NCBI GenBank assembly: GCA_965262115.1
Contig: OZ253496.1
Coordinates: 2,240,001 to 2,304,000 of the forward strand
DNA: 64,000 bases
Direction: 5' to 3'
Source: Nitrospinales bacterium
GTDB taxonomy: Bacteria; Nitrospinota; Nitrospinia; Nitrospinales; VA-1
Position numbers and translations under genes: made by a program. The notes under the pieces are model-generated. The model had not been told where the DNA came from. It made no database searches and worked only from the letters and a program-made list of their open reading frames with translations. Below are positions 41,663 to 51,458 of the stretch, one piece after another (position 1 is the stretch's first letter; each line of letters opens with the position of its first letter).

Positions 41663-41995
41663 TTGAACGTATTTGAAAACGCCATTAAATATAATAATAG
41701 GGGAGGCAAGGTTACCTTGAGCCTGACCCATGAGGGTCCCGAAAAAATCTGGTTTGCCATTCGAGATACCGGGGGCGGGATACCGGGAGGAAAATATAAA
41801 AAAATATTCGATCCGCTCTATCGACTTGAGAACCATGTCGAAAACTGTATAATAGATGGTGTTGGGTTGACCGTTGTTAAAAAATTTGTGGCGGTTATGA
41901 ATGGCCGGGTCTATGTGGAAAGCAAACTTGGGATAGAAACTTGTTTTACCCTGGAATTTGAAAGATGGACCGATAAGGATGGTATTTCAAAATAA
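41663..41995 (+). pseudogene. Isolated HATPase_c fragment of a histidine kinase
   Basis: NAIKYN, DTGGGIP and a degenerate G2 box (DGVGL); no HisKA or sensor domain upstream. Confidence 0.65.
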
Positions 41996-42066
41996 TTTTC
42001 CCTCACGCTTGTTTTTCATTGTGATTTCATTTTCGCATTTGTGAGGGACTACAGGAATATTAAATA

Positions 42067-42855
42067 TTGAAAAGGTATTTTTTTAAATTCGTCCTGTCTG
42101 TTTTTTGTGTTGGGTGCCTCGGCTGTGGGCAGGGTTCTCATGAAACTCAAAACTCCAGGCTCGTCATTGCCATTGACGCGACGTTCATCCCGATGTCATT
42201 TTTAAATGACCAGGGGGAACTGGATGGATTTGAGGTGGACCTGATTAAGGAGGTCGTGAAAAATGCCGGGTTCGATTATGAACTGGTTAACGTGGAATGG
42301 GGCGGATTATTTGGAGGGTTGATCACTGAAAAATTCGATTTGGTTATCAGTTCGATAACAATTCTTGAAGAAAGAAAAAACCGCATGGCTTTCAGCATTC
42401 CCTATCTGCAGAGCGGGGTTGCCGTACTGGTCCGAAAGGATCTCGCGAATGTCGAGAGCCTGGAACAGCTGGCTGAAATAAAGGCTACGGTCGGAGCTCA
42501 GATCAACACGACCTCGTATTATTTTTTGCAAAAGCATCTAGGTGTAAATATCAAGACCTATGAAAAATTTGGTCATGCGGTTATTGATATGGCCAATAAG
42601 GGTAACGATGGAGTGGTCGGAGACTCTGTCCAGGTGAATTATTATTTCAATAAGAATAAGGAATTGACCCAAAACGCCAGGTTTCTGGGCTCCAGAATGA
42701 CCTCGGAGTTTTATGGTATTGTCCTGCGCAGAGAAAATCTTGAACTGAAACAGAAAATTGATGCCAGCTTGAAGGAACTGCTTAAAAATGGAATGGTTCA
42801 AAAGCTGCATGGAAAATGGAACCTGGGGGATTTTGCCGTAGTACCACCAGCGTGA
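42067..42855 (+). CDS. Amino-acid ABC transporter substrate-binding lipoprotein (family 3)
   Basis: DATFIPM, GFEVDL, ITILEERK..MAFS.PY and EFYGI motifs. Confidence 0.9.
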   Translation: MKRYFFKFVLSVFCVGCLGCGQGSHETQNSRLVIAIDATFIPMSFLNDQGELDGFEVDLIKEVVKNAGFDYELVNVEWGGLFGGLITEKFDLVISSITILEERKNRMAFSIPYLQSGVAVLVRKDLANVESLEQLAEIKATVGAQINTTSYYFLQKHLGVNIKTYEKFGHAVIDMANKGNDGVVGDSVQVNYYFNKNKELTQNARFLGSRMTSEFYGIVLRRENLELKQKIDASLKELLKNGMVQKLHGKWNLGDFAVVPPA

Positions 42856-42895
42856 CGCTGGGGCTGTGATATTCTTCCTTAGCCTTCATGCCCCG

Positions 42896-43131
42896 AGCAA
42901 CTGTGTTAAATGTCAAGTGCTGGTAATGAGATTTTCATTCTAGAGTGTTTTTGTTTTGATCATGGTATTGATGATCGTTAATAACTTTCTCATGCATGCG
43001 GTAATGGCAACTTTAAAGGGTTTGCCCTTTTCGATGAGGCGTGTGTAAAAGGTACGAATCACGGGATTATGCTGCATGGAAGTGACGGCGGCCATGTATA
43101 AAGCGGCACGCACATTGGCGCGACCGCCCCA
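42896..43131 (-). mobile_element. IS110-family remnant: transposase C-terminus and right end
   Basis: The minus strand encodes WGGRANVRAALYMAAVTSMQHNPVIRTFYTRLIEKGKPFKVAITACMRKLLTIINTM and ends CTTGACATTTAACACAGTTGCT (-35 box plus CT core). Confidence 0.88.
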
Positions 43132-44326
43132 TCACGATAATGTCATGGGCTCGGGATGGAACCAGAGCGGTCAAACCCCCAATAAAAATACCCATACTGG
43201 CAAGATGTACAAAGCCGCATAATGCATAAGTTAAAATAGTCACCGACCGCTGGGTAAATGGTGCAGGGTCGGCAATCTGAGCTTCTGCCAGGGCAAAATA
43301 AGCGGATACTTCAGTTTCTATACATCTTGAGCCTAAAATCTGGCCTGCCAGTTGCCATTCTTCGGGGGGTAGTCCCAGGAGAGCAGAAAAAGGTACGGTC
43401 AGCCAGCCCAGTAGACTTTGCACGGAAAAGTTTTGCCCGAACGATTTAGCGAGTGCCAGATCTACCAAAGCTTCCAGGCCGAGTACCACTATCAAAACGG
43501 TGGCAATTCCCACGGCCATTTTAACTCCTTGAGAGCCTCCCTCCACCAGTGCGATCATGAAATTAGAGGGTTTTAGGGTATCGGTATCGGCAGGGGGCAA
43601 TTCCCCCAGCGTTTGGGGTATCATCCGCTCTGGGTATGAAAGTTTGCTGGTAATAACGGCAGAAGGAATGGAAATTAATGAGGCAGAAACGAGATGCCCT
43701 GCGATTTCGGGGAAAATATCGTGCAGGGCGATGACGTAGATTCCCATAACCGTGCTGGCCACGGTTGCCATCATGCAGGTCATCAAGGTGAGTAGTTTAG
43801 AACGGGTCATCTTCATAAGGTAAGGCTGAATGGTCAGGCCAGATTCAATGCCGACAAAAATATTTGCGGCGGCGGATAAAGATTCCGCTCCGGATAAGGC
43901 GAGCAGGCGATAGAAGATGTGAGCGAAAAAGCGGACTACAGCCTGCATGATTCCCAGATAGTACAGTCCTGAAATGGCTGCTGAAAAGAAAATTACGGAA
44001 GGAAGCACTTGAAAAGCGAGGACAAACCCTATTGAAGGTGTGCCATCTGACAAGGTCTGTCCCGGACCCAGGGCAAGGGGACCAAATAGGAATAATGCCC
44101 CTTTCTGGGAAGCGGAGAGGAGGACTACCAGAAAATCATTGACCCACTGTAAAACGGATCGAGACCAGGAAATCCAAAACGTTAGCGTTCCCAAAATCCA
44201 AGCCAGTGCCATGCTTCCCATGATGGTTTTTGTATTGATCTTTTGCCGACTGCCGGTAACCCCGGCCATGAAAGCCACGAGAAAAAAACCGGTCAGTGAA
44301 ATTAAACGGTAAATGCTTTCATCCAT
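43067..44326 (-). pseudogene. NupC/CNT concentrative nucleoside transporter, last helix deleted and fused to IS110 sequence
   Basis: AFQVLP..IFFSA, GAES..AAANIFVG, MATVA and YALCGF motifs; homology ends at DIIVMG (about 43127). Confidence 0.8.
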
Positions 44327-44522
44327 TGATTTCTGAAATACATACGTCAGACATTTTTGAGGTCCCTACCTGTTTTTTATCGGCCAGCAGTGCGGCCCAT
44401 AGGGTACCGTTAATAAAAATTTTTTAAAGTACTTCTGAAGTAATTATGGGGATACCCTTTCGGGCGTAGGCAGGATAATATAGTGAGGAATAGTTATTTA
44501 ATTATTTGGGTGAAAAGAAACT

Positions 44523-45500
44523 TTGAAAAAAAGACCTTTCATAATTTTGCTATGGGCTTTTGCGGCTGGGTTGTTTTATCTTTGCCTGCAGTCGATTGAC
44601 CTGGATCGGGCATGGAACGAATTTGCCCGGGCGGATCCTTTGTGGTTGTTTATTGCTGTTTTTTTCAATGCCTGCATTTTGGGAGTTTGGGCATTGCTCT
44701 GGTACCTTCTCCTGCCGAAAAAAATTTCAGTTCCTTTTGCCAGGATTTTTCAAGCCAACTCATTTATGTCCACATCCTGCAACACCATTCCTTTCCCCGG
44801 GGGGCATGCGGCCGGGGTCATGGCATTAGCTCGAAGGGCGGAGGTGGGGCATACTGTGGCTTTATCAGTATTGGCGCTCGATCAACTCATGGAAGGCTTC
44901 GCCAAAATTTTTGTCCTGACTCTGGTGGCAATTTTTGTTCCTCTTCCAGAGCGAATGGGGCAGGGAATAGTGATTTTTGTAATTGCTATAAGTCTTTTCG
45001 CTTCAATCATGTTTTACCTGGCTCATAAAAAACCGCGTGTCCGGGAGGGGCAAGAAACTATATCTTTTACCGACAAGATCAGGGCTTTTGTGTCACGCTG
45101 GTCTGCTCACCTGGAAGTTTTAAGGAATGTGCGAATCTTCAGTTCAGGACTTTTACTGGCTCTTTTAATGATGTTTGCACAGACTCTGGGAATCTGGGCG
45201 GTACAAAAAAGCCTGGGCTTGGATCTTCCCTTCTGGGCTCCCATTTTGGTCATGGGCGCTTTGAATTTGGCAACGGTTTTGCCGATCACTCCTGGAAACT
45301 TCGGCATCTATGAAGGAACCGCCTTTCTGGTTTATAAATTTTGTGGGCTCGCTCCGGAGTCTGCTTTTAGTTTGGCTCTCCTGCAACATCTTTGTTTTCT
45401 GGTTCCCATGGTGGGGACAGGCTATCTGGTGCTCTTGTTCCTGACCTCTGCTCAAAAGCAGAGCTTAGCGAAAAAAGAGTGGGTCCCAGACGAAACTTAA
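44523..45500 (+). CDS. Lysylphosphatidylglycerol-synthase TM / flippase-like (UPF0104) membrane protein
   Basis: Multi-TM protein with N..PFPGG and LPITPGNFGIYEG motifs. Confidence 0.85.
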   Translation: MKKRPFIILLWAFAAGLFYLCLQSIDLDRAWNEFARADPLWLFIAVFFNACILGVWALLWYLLLPKKISVPFARIFQANSFMSTSCNTIPFPGGHAAGVMALARRAEVGHTVALSVLALDQLMEGFAKIFVLTLVAIFVPLPERMGQGIVIFVIAISLFASIMFYLAHKKPRVREGQETISFTDKIRAFVSRWSAHLEVLRNVRIFSSGLLLALLMMFAQTLGIWAVQKSLGLDLPFWAPILVMGALNLATVLPITPGNFGIYEGTAFLVYKFCGLAPESAFSLALLQHLCFLVPMVGTGYLVLLFLTSAQKQSLAKKEWVPDET

Positions 45501-45799
45501 CTTTCAGCCTGTTTGTCGCTAGAAAAAAAGATTTTTGATTTCCCTACAGAACCCTGAAATATTAACCCTTGGGTCTAAGAACCTTATGGGGGAGGGTGAT
45601 GTTTATAATGATAATCGGAGCTTAATTTTGGTTACGGAAATTTTAAACTCAGGAGCTGTTTCTAAAGGAAATTTTGGACTCTAGAAGGATTGAAATAGTT
45701 CCTAAATAAGTTGAATTTTTGATGGTTATTTATTTTTGGGCAGGTGGCGAATCAGTAAGAAAATCAACATTTAATGTAGAGCCATTCCCCACTATAGAC

Positions 45800-45919
45800 G
45801 AGAGCTTTGCATAACCCAAGATTCTTCGTCACCTTGTTCCTCAGAATGACAAAATGGCCCAGTATTGTCATGCTGAGCTTGTCGAAGCATCTCGATTTTT
45901 CGACTTATGCAAAGGTCTC
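45800..45919. mobile_element. MITE family A, copy 4 (120 bp)
   Basis: TIRs GAGAGCTTTGCATAA and TTATGCAAAGGTCTC; TSD ACTATAGAC/CCTATAGAT (7/9). Confidence 0.9.
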
Positions 45920-46269
45920 CCTATAGATGGGTATAAAATGTTGTTTTGGCTGGGCTGGTGAGGGAAGATTTTTTAACAGTTTTACTTTCCGAGTCAATCT
46001 GCATATCGGATTTTACGTTGCTTAAAGTTAGGCCGAGAATAGTTTTGGTGCTATACTTTTGCCCTAAACGGGGTTTTCGGTGTCAAAATAAATCGGTTTG
46101 TGAGCTTGTTAACTGGATAAATCAATTTTCAAGATTCGCAGTGGGCTAAGGGCTTATTTTTTTAGCTCGGTAAAAACCTTGGCAGAGAATGAGACCCAGG
46201 TAAAAATTGGGAAGGTTCGTTGGATAGCTTGATTGGCCTTGCCGCTAAAAATGTTGGAGGTTAACTGTT

Positions 46270-46470
46270 ATGGCAGAGGGAAAAGTAAAATGGTTTAACG
46301 ATAGTAAGGGTTATGGGTTTATTGAGTCTAGTGATGGGGAAGATTGTTTTGTTCATTTTTCTGAAATTCAGACAGAAGGATTCAAAACCCTTTCTGAAGG
46401 CCAGGCAGTAGAATTCGAAAAGAGCATGGGACAAAAGGGGCCTCAGGCATCCAAAGTAATACCCAAATAG
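46270..46470 (+). CDS. Cold-shock protein (paralogue of 38435..38635, 52/66 aa identical by hand count)
   Basis: GKVKWFN..KGYGFI and FVHFSEI motifs; GGAGG RBS. Confidence 0.95.
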   Translation: MAEGKVKWFNDSKGYGFIESSDGEDCFVHFSEIQTEGFKTLSEGQAVEFEKSMGQKGPQASKVIPK

Positions 46471-46486
46471 ATTTTGTTTGAGAATT

Positions 46487-46522
46487 AAAGCCAGCGGAGC
46501 ACTGCCCCGCTGGCTTTTTTTT
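46487..46522 (+). terminator. Intrinsic terminator after csp
   Basis: AAAGCCAGCGG..CCGCTGGCTTTTTTTT. Confidence 0.8.
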
Positions 46523-46767
46523 GTCTATTTTCATTCCATTTGTCAGGGAATGGTCTGTTGCCGGGAAATCGAAGGCGGCGCGAAGCAGAAGTCAGTTTGA
46601 ATAGAGGTGCCATTTTAATAATAAATAAAAGTGTAAAAATTTAAAAGTTTTGCCGGCCAACTTCATTTCCCAACAGGGGTCAGTCTGTGTATACTTGCGT
46701 TGGTTTCTTTTGATGTCTTCTATTAAGGTTTTGTGATTTTGCCTCGCTCGCCTTCAACGCTTCGGGT

Positions 46768-49164
46768 ATGAAAACAGTTCTTAGTTGGTGTTTCAATAAA
46801 ATTACCCGCCGTTATCCCGGTACTTTGCTAATTCTGGCGATCCTTTTAAGCGGAATATCCATTTATTGGGCCAGTGGTTTAAGCTTCAATCCCAGGATGG
46901 ATAATCTTCTTCCTCAGGACTTACCGTTAATTAAAGAGTTTAATGAAGTGGTTGCTAAAACAGGCGGGTCCGGTCCGCTTGTGGTTGTCCTGGAGCAGTT
47001 GAATCCCATTCAGGCTCCTGAAGTGATTGGTGAACTGGCACGGGCTCTGCAAAAAGTTCCCGGAACGCATTTCGTTGATTCGCAAGTACCCGAAGAGTTT
47101 TTAAAAAACCGTCAGCTCCTGTTAATTCCGAAGACAGAGTTGCTTCAGCTTGAATCACTGGTCGCGGAAGCGATTGACTATGCACGGGGCCAATTTGGAG
47201 GGTTTTTTGGGGAGGATGAACTTTTCAATCCGGCTAAGCTGCAAACACTTGCTGACCGATACGATATTTTTGAAAACATCGATCCATATCATAAGGGAAA
47301 AAGGAAAAACAATTATTATATCTTTGTCAAACCAAATGGGACGGTCACCGATACAGATTTTACCGAGCAATATGTCCGATCCGTTCAAGAGACGATTGAC
47401 CAGACCGGACTTGAAAAGGATATTCCTGAGCTGACTATCAATCTTACCGGTTCGCTGATTGTGCGGCTGGAAGAAAACCGGTTTATCCGGAATGATCTTA
47501 AGAAATCTGCGGTGCTTGCGGCCTTGTTGGCGAGTTGTATCATCCTTATCTATACCCGATCCTGGTTTTCCATACCACTCATAATTTTCCCCCTATTGCT
47601 GTCGCTGTCTTATACCTTTGCCCTGACGCGTTTGTTCATCGGCCACCTGAATATAATTTCCGGTTTTCTGGTAGCTATATTGATGGGGCTGGGGATCGAT
47701 TATGGCATTCACCTTTATATTCGTTTCAAGCAGGAACTGCTCAAAGGTAAGACCATTGCCGAAGCGACGGAACTGGTTGTGACTCAGGTGGGGCGGTCAG
47801 GGCTGATAGCGATGCTGACCACGATGAGTGTTTTTTCAATCTTAAGTTTCTCGGATTTTCAGGGATTTGCGGAGTTCGGGAAAATTGCCACGCTGGGTAT
47901 CGTCTGTGCTTTTTTTAGCTACTATTTCATTTTTCCGGCACAGGCTTTATTTTATGACAAAATTCATTGGTTGAGAAAGCCTCGGCCCAGGTTGTTCACC
48001 TTTAAAATTTCCAAATTGTATTTCACCACACCCTATTTTATTTCTGCCATGTTCCTCTTCTTAATGGTTGTGAGCTTGTTTCTTCTTCCCGGACTCAGGT
48101 TCGAGTATGACTTTCAGAAACTGAGGGGAGAGTCACCCGCCAGCGAGTATGAGACGGTCACTACAGACGATTTCGGCTATGCTTTTTCACCCACCTTGAT
48201 CCTGACACAGGAAAAGGGAAACCTGTTTGAAATCCATACAGCTCTGGAGGAAATCAAACACAAGGGTGGGAAAAAGACCATCATAGGTCTTCAGTATTCT
48301 TTAAATATATTCAGTCGCGAGGAGTATGAATCGAAGAAGGATGCGATCGCCCGGATTCGAAAAATGTTTTTGGAAAACGAAGATATCATCAAATTTTCGT
48401 TGGGAAATGATCGCTATGAAAATTTTAGAAAGCTGGTCAATGCCGAGCCGTTTGACGAAAACCGGGTGCCCTCTAATTTACAGAAAAAACTTCGCGCTGG
48501 AGATGATTATCTGGTTTTGTTGCTTTCTCCCGCAGATAAAAATTTTTTTCGTGTTGAAAATATTTATCAGTTGGAAAAGGAAGTGGCAGAATTGAAACGC
48601 AGGATGGCTGAAAAAAATATCAAGATTTCTGTGTTAAATGAAAACCTGATCGCCGCTGAAATACTGGATTGGGTCAAGGACAAGGGCCCGGTGGCGATGG
48701 GTGCCGCTTTCGCGTTGGTTTTCCTCATTCTTTTAGTGGACCTTCAGAGTATTCGTTTAGCCGTCATCACTTTCCTGCCTCTTTTTACCGGTCTGGCTTT
48801 GACCGGTGCGCTCATGTCCGTTTTTGATGTGAAGCTGAATTTCATCAACATTGTTATGCTCCCTTCTATCGTGGGAATCATGATTGACCATTGCATATAT
48901 CTCAGTCACCATATCCTGGATTATTCCAAAGGCGCTTCGCTCAAGTCGTTGCAGGAAACAGGAAGCGCCATTATATTATCGGCCTTGACCAGCCTTGTGG
49001 GTTATGCCAGTTTGAATATTGCCCATCATCAAGGGATCAGGTCCATTGCCACGGTGGTGGAGTTGGGGATAATAACCTGCACGATTTGCGCCCTGTTCAT
49101 GCTTCCGGCCTTGTTTGAACTTCGTAAAAGCGGGTCGTCCTTTACCCGTTTTACAAAGGGTTAA
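46768..49164 (+). CDS. MMPL/RND-family transporter (possibly HpnN-like lipid exporter)
   Basis: Two repeats, with GLGIDYGIH and GIMIDHCIY motifs. Confidence 0.85.
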   Translation: MKTVLSWCFNKITRRYPGTLLILAILLSGISIYWASGLSFNPRMDNLLPQDLPLIKEFNEVVAKTGGSGPLVVVLEQLNPIQAPEVIGELARALQKVPGTHFVDSQVPEEFLKNRQLLLIPKTELLQLESLVAEAIDYARGQFGGFFGEDELFNPAKLQTLADRYDIFENIDPYHKGKRKNNYYIFVKPNGTVTDTDFTEQYVRSVQETIDQTGLEKDIPELTINLTGSLIVRLEENRFIRNDLKKSAVLAALLASCIILIYTRSWFSIPLIIFPLLLSLSYTFALTRLFIGHLNIISGFLVAILMGLGIDYGIHLYIRFKQELLKGKTIAEATELVVTQVGRSGLIAMLTTMSVFSILSFSDFQGFAEFGKIATLGIVCAFFSYYFIFPAQALFYDKIHWLRKPRPRLFTFKISKLYFTTPYFISAMFLFLMVVSLFLLPGLRFEYDFQKLRGESPASEYETVTTDDFGYAFSPTLILTQEKGNLFEIHTALEEIKHKGGKKTIIGLQYSLNIFSREEYESKKDAIARIRKMFLENEDIIKFSLGNDRYENFRKLVNAEPFDENRVPSNLQKKLRAGDDYLVLLLSPADKNFFRVENIYQLEKEVAELKRRMAEKNIKISVLNENLIAAEILDWVKDKGPVAMGAAFALVFLILLVDLQSIRLAVITFLPLFTGLALTGALMSVFDVKLNFINIVMLPSIVGIMIDHCIYLSHHILDYSKGASLKSLQETGSAIILSALTSLVGYASLNIAHHQGIRSIATVVELGIITCTICALFMLPALFELRKSGSSFTRFTKG

Positions 49165-49223
49165 GAATCAGGGATTAAATGAAACGCTATTGAAATTTTA
49201 GGGATTTATTAAAAAAAGGTTGA

Positions 49224-49478
49224 ATGATGCGTGTCGGAATTATTTTTGTATTTATTTTATTGGTCGGATGTGCTGAGGACCGCAAGTTCGAAGACTTTAC
49301 CCATGAAGACAGTGGTAAGGCAGAGCAGGAATTCCTGAAAGATTCTATAAAATGTACGGCGGAAAAAGATAAGCACAGCCACAAAATCCAAGGCCGTGAA
49401 TTCGGATTCGAAGGTGAGCATACGGGATACCTGGGTTGCATGAAACTGAAGGGCTGGGACCAGAAAACAACCTCTTGA
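49224..49478 (+). CDS. Hypothetical lipoprotein
   Basis: LVGC lipobox and C..Y.GCM..KGW motif. Confidence 0.65.
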   Translation: MMRVGIIFVFILLVGCAEDRKFEDFTHEDSGKAEQEFLKDSIKCTAEKDKHSHKIQGREFGFEGEHTGYLGCMKLKGWDQKTTS

Positions 49479-49624
49479 TCTATGGGACGGTGTTCCCCCA
49501 TGCTCTTTGAATTATGGCAACGGATTAATGGATCAGGAAGTCTGCGAGAGTAAAGTGAAACCTGCGAGGATCGGGGATTTGGGTTTCATTTGCCGATGGG
49601 TGCCCTTGTGTTGCAGGGCGGTAT

Positions 49625-49843
49625 TTAAGTGGATTTGATTCGATAAAAGGTGTCGCCTAATTGGAAAGGGCTCCCGCTTCTGATGACGCCGCAAAACCTG
49701 TGGACCTGATCATCATCCAGATTTTTCAACACCTGCTCCAGTAACTCCTGATAGGAAATGTCTTCCCAGGAAAAAAAATCTGACGACCGTTCCAGGGAAA
49801 ATCCGGAGATATCTTCCATTTCAATATTATACTTGTCTTTCAT
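49625..49843 (-). CDS. Hypothetical protein
   Basis: Clean 72-aa ORF with typical composition filling the intergenic gap. Confidence 0.55.
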   Translation of the reverse strand: MKDKYNIEMEDISGFSLERSSDFFSWEDISYQELLEQVLKNLDDDQVHRFCGVIRSGSPFQLGDTFYRIKST

Positions 49844-49992
49844 AATTTTCAGGCTTCTACTTTGTGGCCAGTTTGAACCAGCTTATCATATTTGAAGTTA
49901 GCTATTTCACACAAACGATTTTTCGTGGTTGTTATCCCTTGTGACCTCTGCTATTTTCGCAGGATCACTGAAAACATTGTCCAGGTTTTATT

Positions 49993-50772
49993 ATTCTATT
50001 AGTCATTGATGTGGGCAACTCCAATAATGTGATCGGCTTGTTTTCCGGCAAAAAGCTCCTGACCCATTGGCGAATTCGTACGGAATGGAACCGGACGGCC
50101 GATGAGTATTGGGTTTTGATCAAGGAATTTATCCTGTTGAACAATGTTGAGGCAGAAACAATCGATGATATTGTTATCGCCTGTGTGGTTCCGCCTCTGG
50201 TTCCCATTCTGCAGGACATGGCAAGAAAATATTTTTCCTGCGAGCCTCTGGTGGTGGGGCCAGGTATTAAAACGGGAATTTCCATCCTTTACCGCAACCC
50301 TGCCGAGGTGGGTGCTGACCGGATTGTCAACTCGGTGGCGGCATTCGAGAAATTTGGTGGGCCATTGATCATTGTGGATTTTGGCACCGCCACAACCTTT
50401 GATGTGGTGTCCAAAAAAGGAGAATACTTGGGAGGCGCTATTTGCCCGGGGATTCAGATTTCTCTGGAGGCCCTGTTCAAACACACCGCCAAATTGCCCC
50501 GAATCGATATGATGATTCCGGAAAATGTCATTGGAAAATCAACCGTAGAAAGTATTCGTTCCGGTGCGGTCTATGGTTTTACGGGAATGATCGAAGCTCT
50601 GGTTCGGCAAATCAAAAGTGAATTGGGGCAGAACGCCCATGTGGTGGCTACAGGGGGAATCGTTGACTGGATTGCCTCAAAAACAACGGTTATTGATACG
50701 CTTGATCCATTTTTAACTTTGGAGGGTTTGCGGATCATTTATGAAAAAAATCTTCCGGAGAAGCTGAACTAG
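49993..50772 (+). CDS. coaX: Type III pantothenate kinase, probable ATT start
   Basis: (M)LLVIDVGNSN, VGADR, IVDFGTATT, GGAICPG and LTLEGL motifs. The conserved strand precedes the track GTG start, and there is an in-frame TGA at 49969. Confidence 0.9.
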   Translation: MLLVIDVGNSNNVIGLFSGKKLLTHWRIRTEWNRTADEYWVLIKEFILLNNVEAETIDDIVIACVVPPLVPILQDMARKYFSCEPLVVGPGIKTGISILYRNPAEVGADRIVNSVAAFEKFGGPLIIVDFGTATTFDVVSKKGEYLGGAICPGIQISLEALFKHTAKLPRIDMMIPENVIGKSTVESIRSGAVYGFTGMIEALVRQIKSELGQNAHVVATGGIVDWIASKTTVIDTLDPFLTLEGLRIIYEKNLPEKLN

Positions 50773-50868
50773 GAGGCAAACACAGGCTATGGCAGACTTA
50801 AGATTTGCAGTTAGAGGAGGAGACTGAAACCTGAAAAGTCTGAAATAACCTGTGTTTAAGGATTTTCG

Positions 50869-51117
50869 TTAGGCTTTTATAGCCCGAGAGCCCTTGCGGA
50901 TTAACAAGCGCACCATCCGGGGACCGTCTTCGATATCCGAAATTTTATAGCCTTGGCCTTCAGCCCATTTGGAAAAGGCCTCAGTTAAATTTCTTTTTTT
51001 ATCGATAATAAGTTCCAGGATCCCGTTTTTTTTAACACGGCTGAACTCTTTCGATGCTAATTGCAATGCGCTGAAAAATGAAAGTCCGCGTATATCGATT
51101 GTTTTGAATGTTTCCAT
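50869..51117 (-). CDS. TusA/SirA-like protein lacking the CPxP cysteine
   Basis: IDIRGLSF (where TusA has LD..GL.CP); 82 aa. Confidence 0.65.
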   Translation of the reverse strand: METFKTIDIRGLSFFSALQLASKEFSRVKKNGILELIIDKKRNLTEAFSKWAEGQGYKISDIEDGPRMVRLLIRKGSRAIKA

Positions 51118-51458
51118 CTATTGTTCTCCCATTTTCATCCCAAGCCTTGATCTGCCTGGACAGTCTTTAATCATTAATTTAAGGTATTTTATAAAACCAA
51201 GATTAAGGAACTGTTAATCTGGAATTAATTTTTTTTAATTTTTCGGGCAAAATCCTCTTGGAAGTCGGAGTGGTTTTTGAATTTTAAAGAGTTATTGGAT
51301 TTTAGAGGCTGGCAGAGAAAAGCGACAAATGGACTCGCGAAAGTGGGAGCTTTTCCGACCCGTTTTCCGTTGAGCTTCTGAAAGACAAGCTGTTAGTATG
51401 AATAATGTTTCACGCTATTTAGAGTGAGCTGTTTTTTTAAAGCATTCAGGAGAAATTA

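Noticed and set aside
45651..45702. Tiny inverted-repeat element AGGAGCTGTTTC...GAAATAGTTCCT
   Set aside because: Single copy with a 10/12 inverted repeat and no clear TSD; it cannot be distinguished from a chance hairpin.
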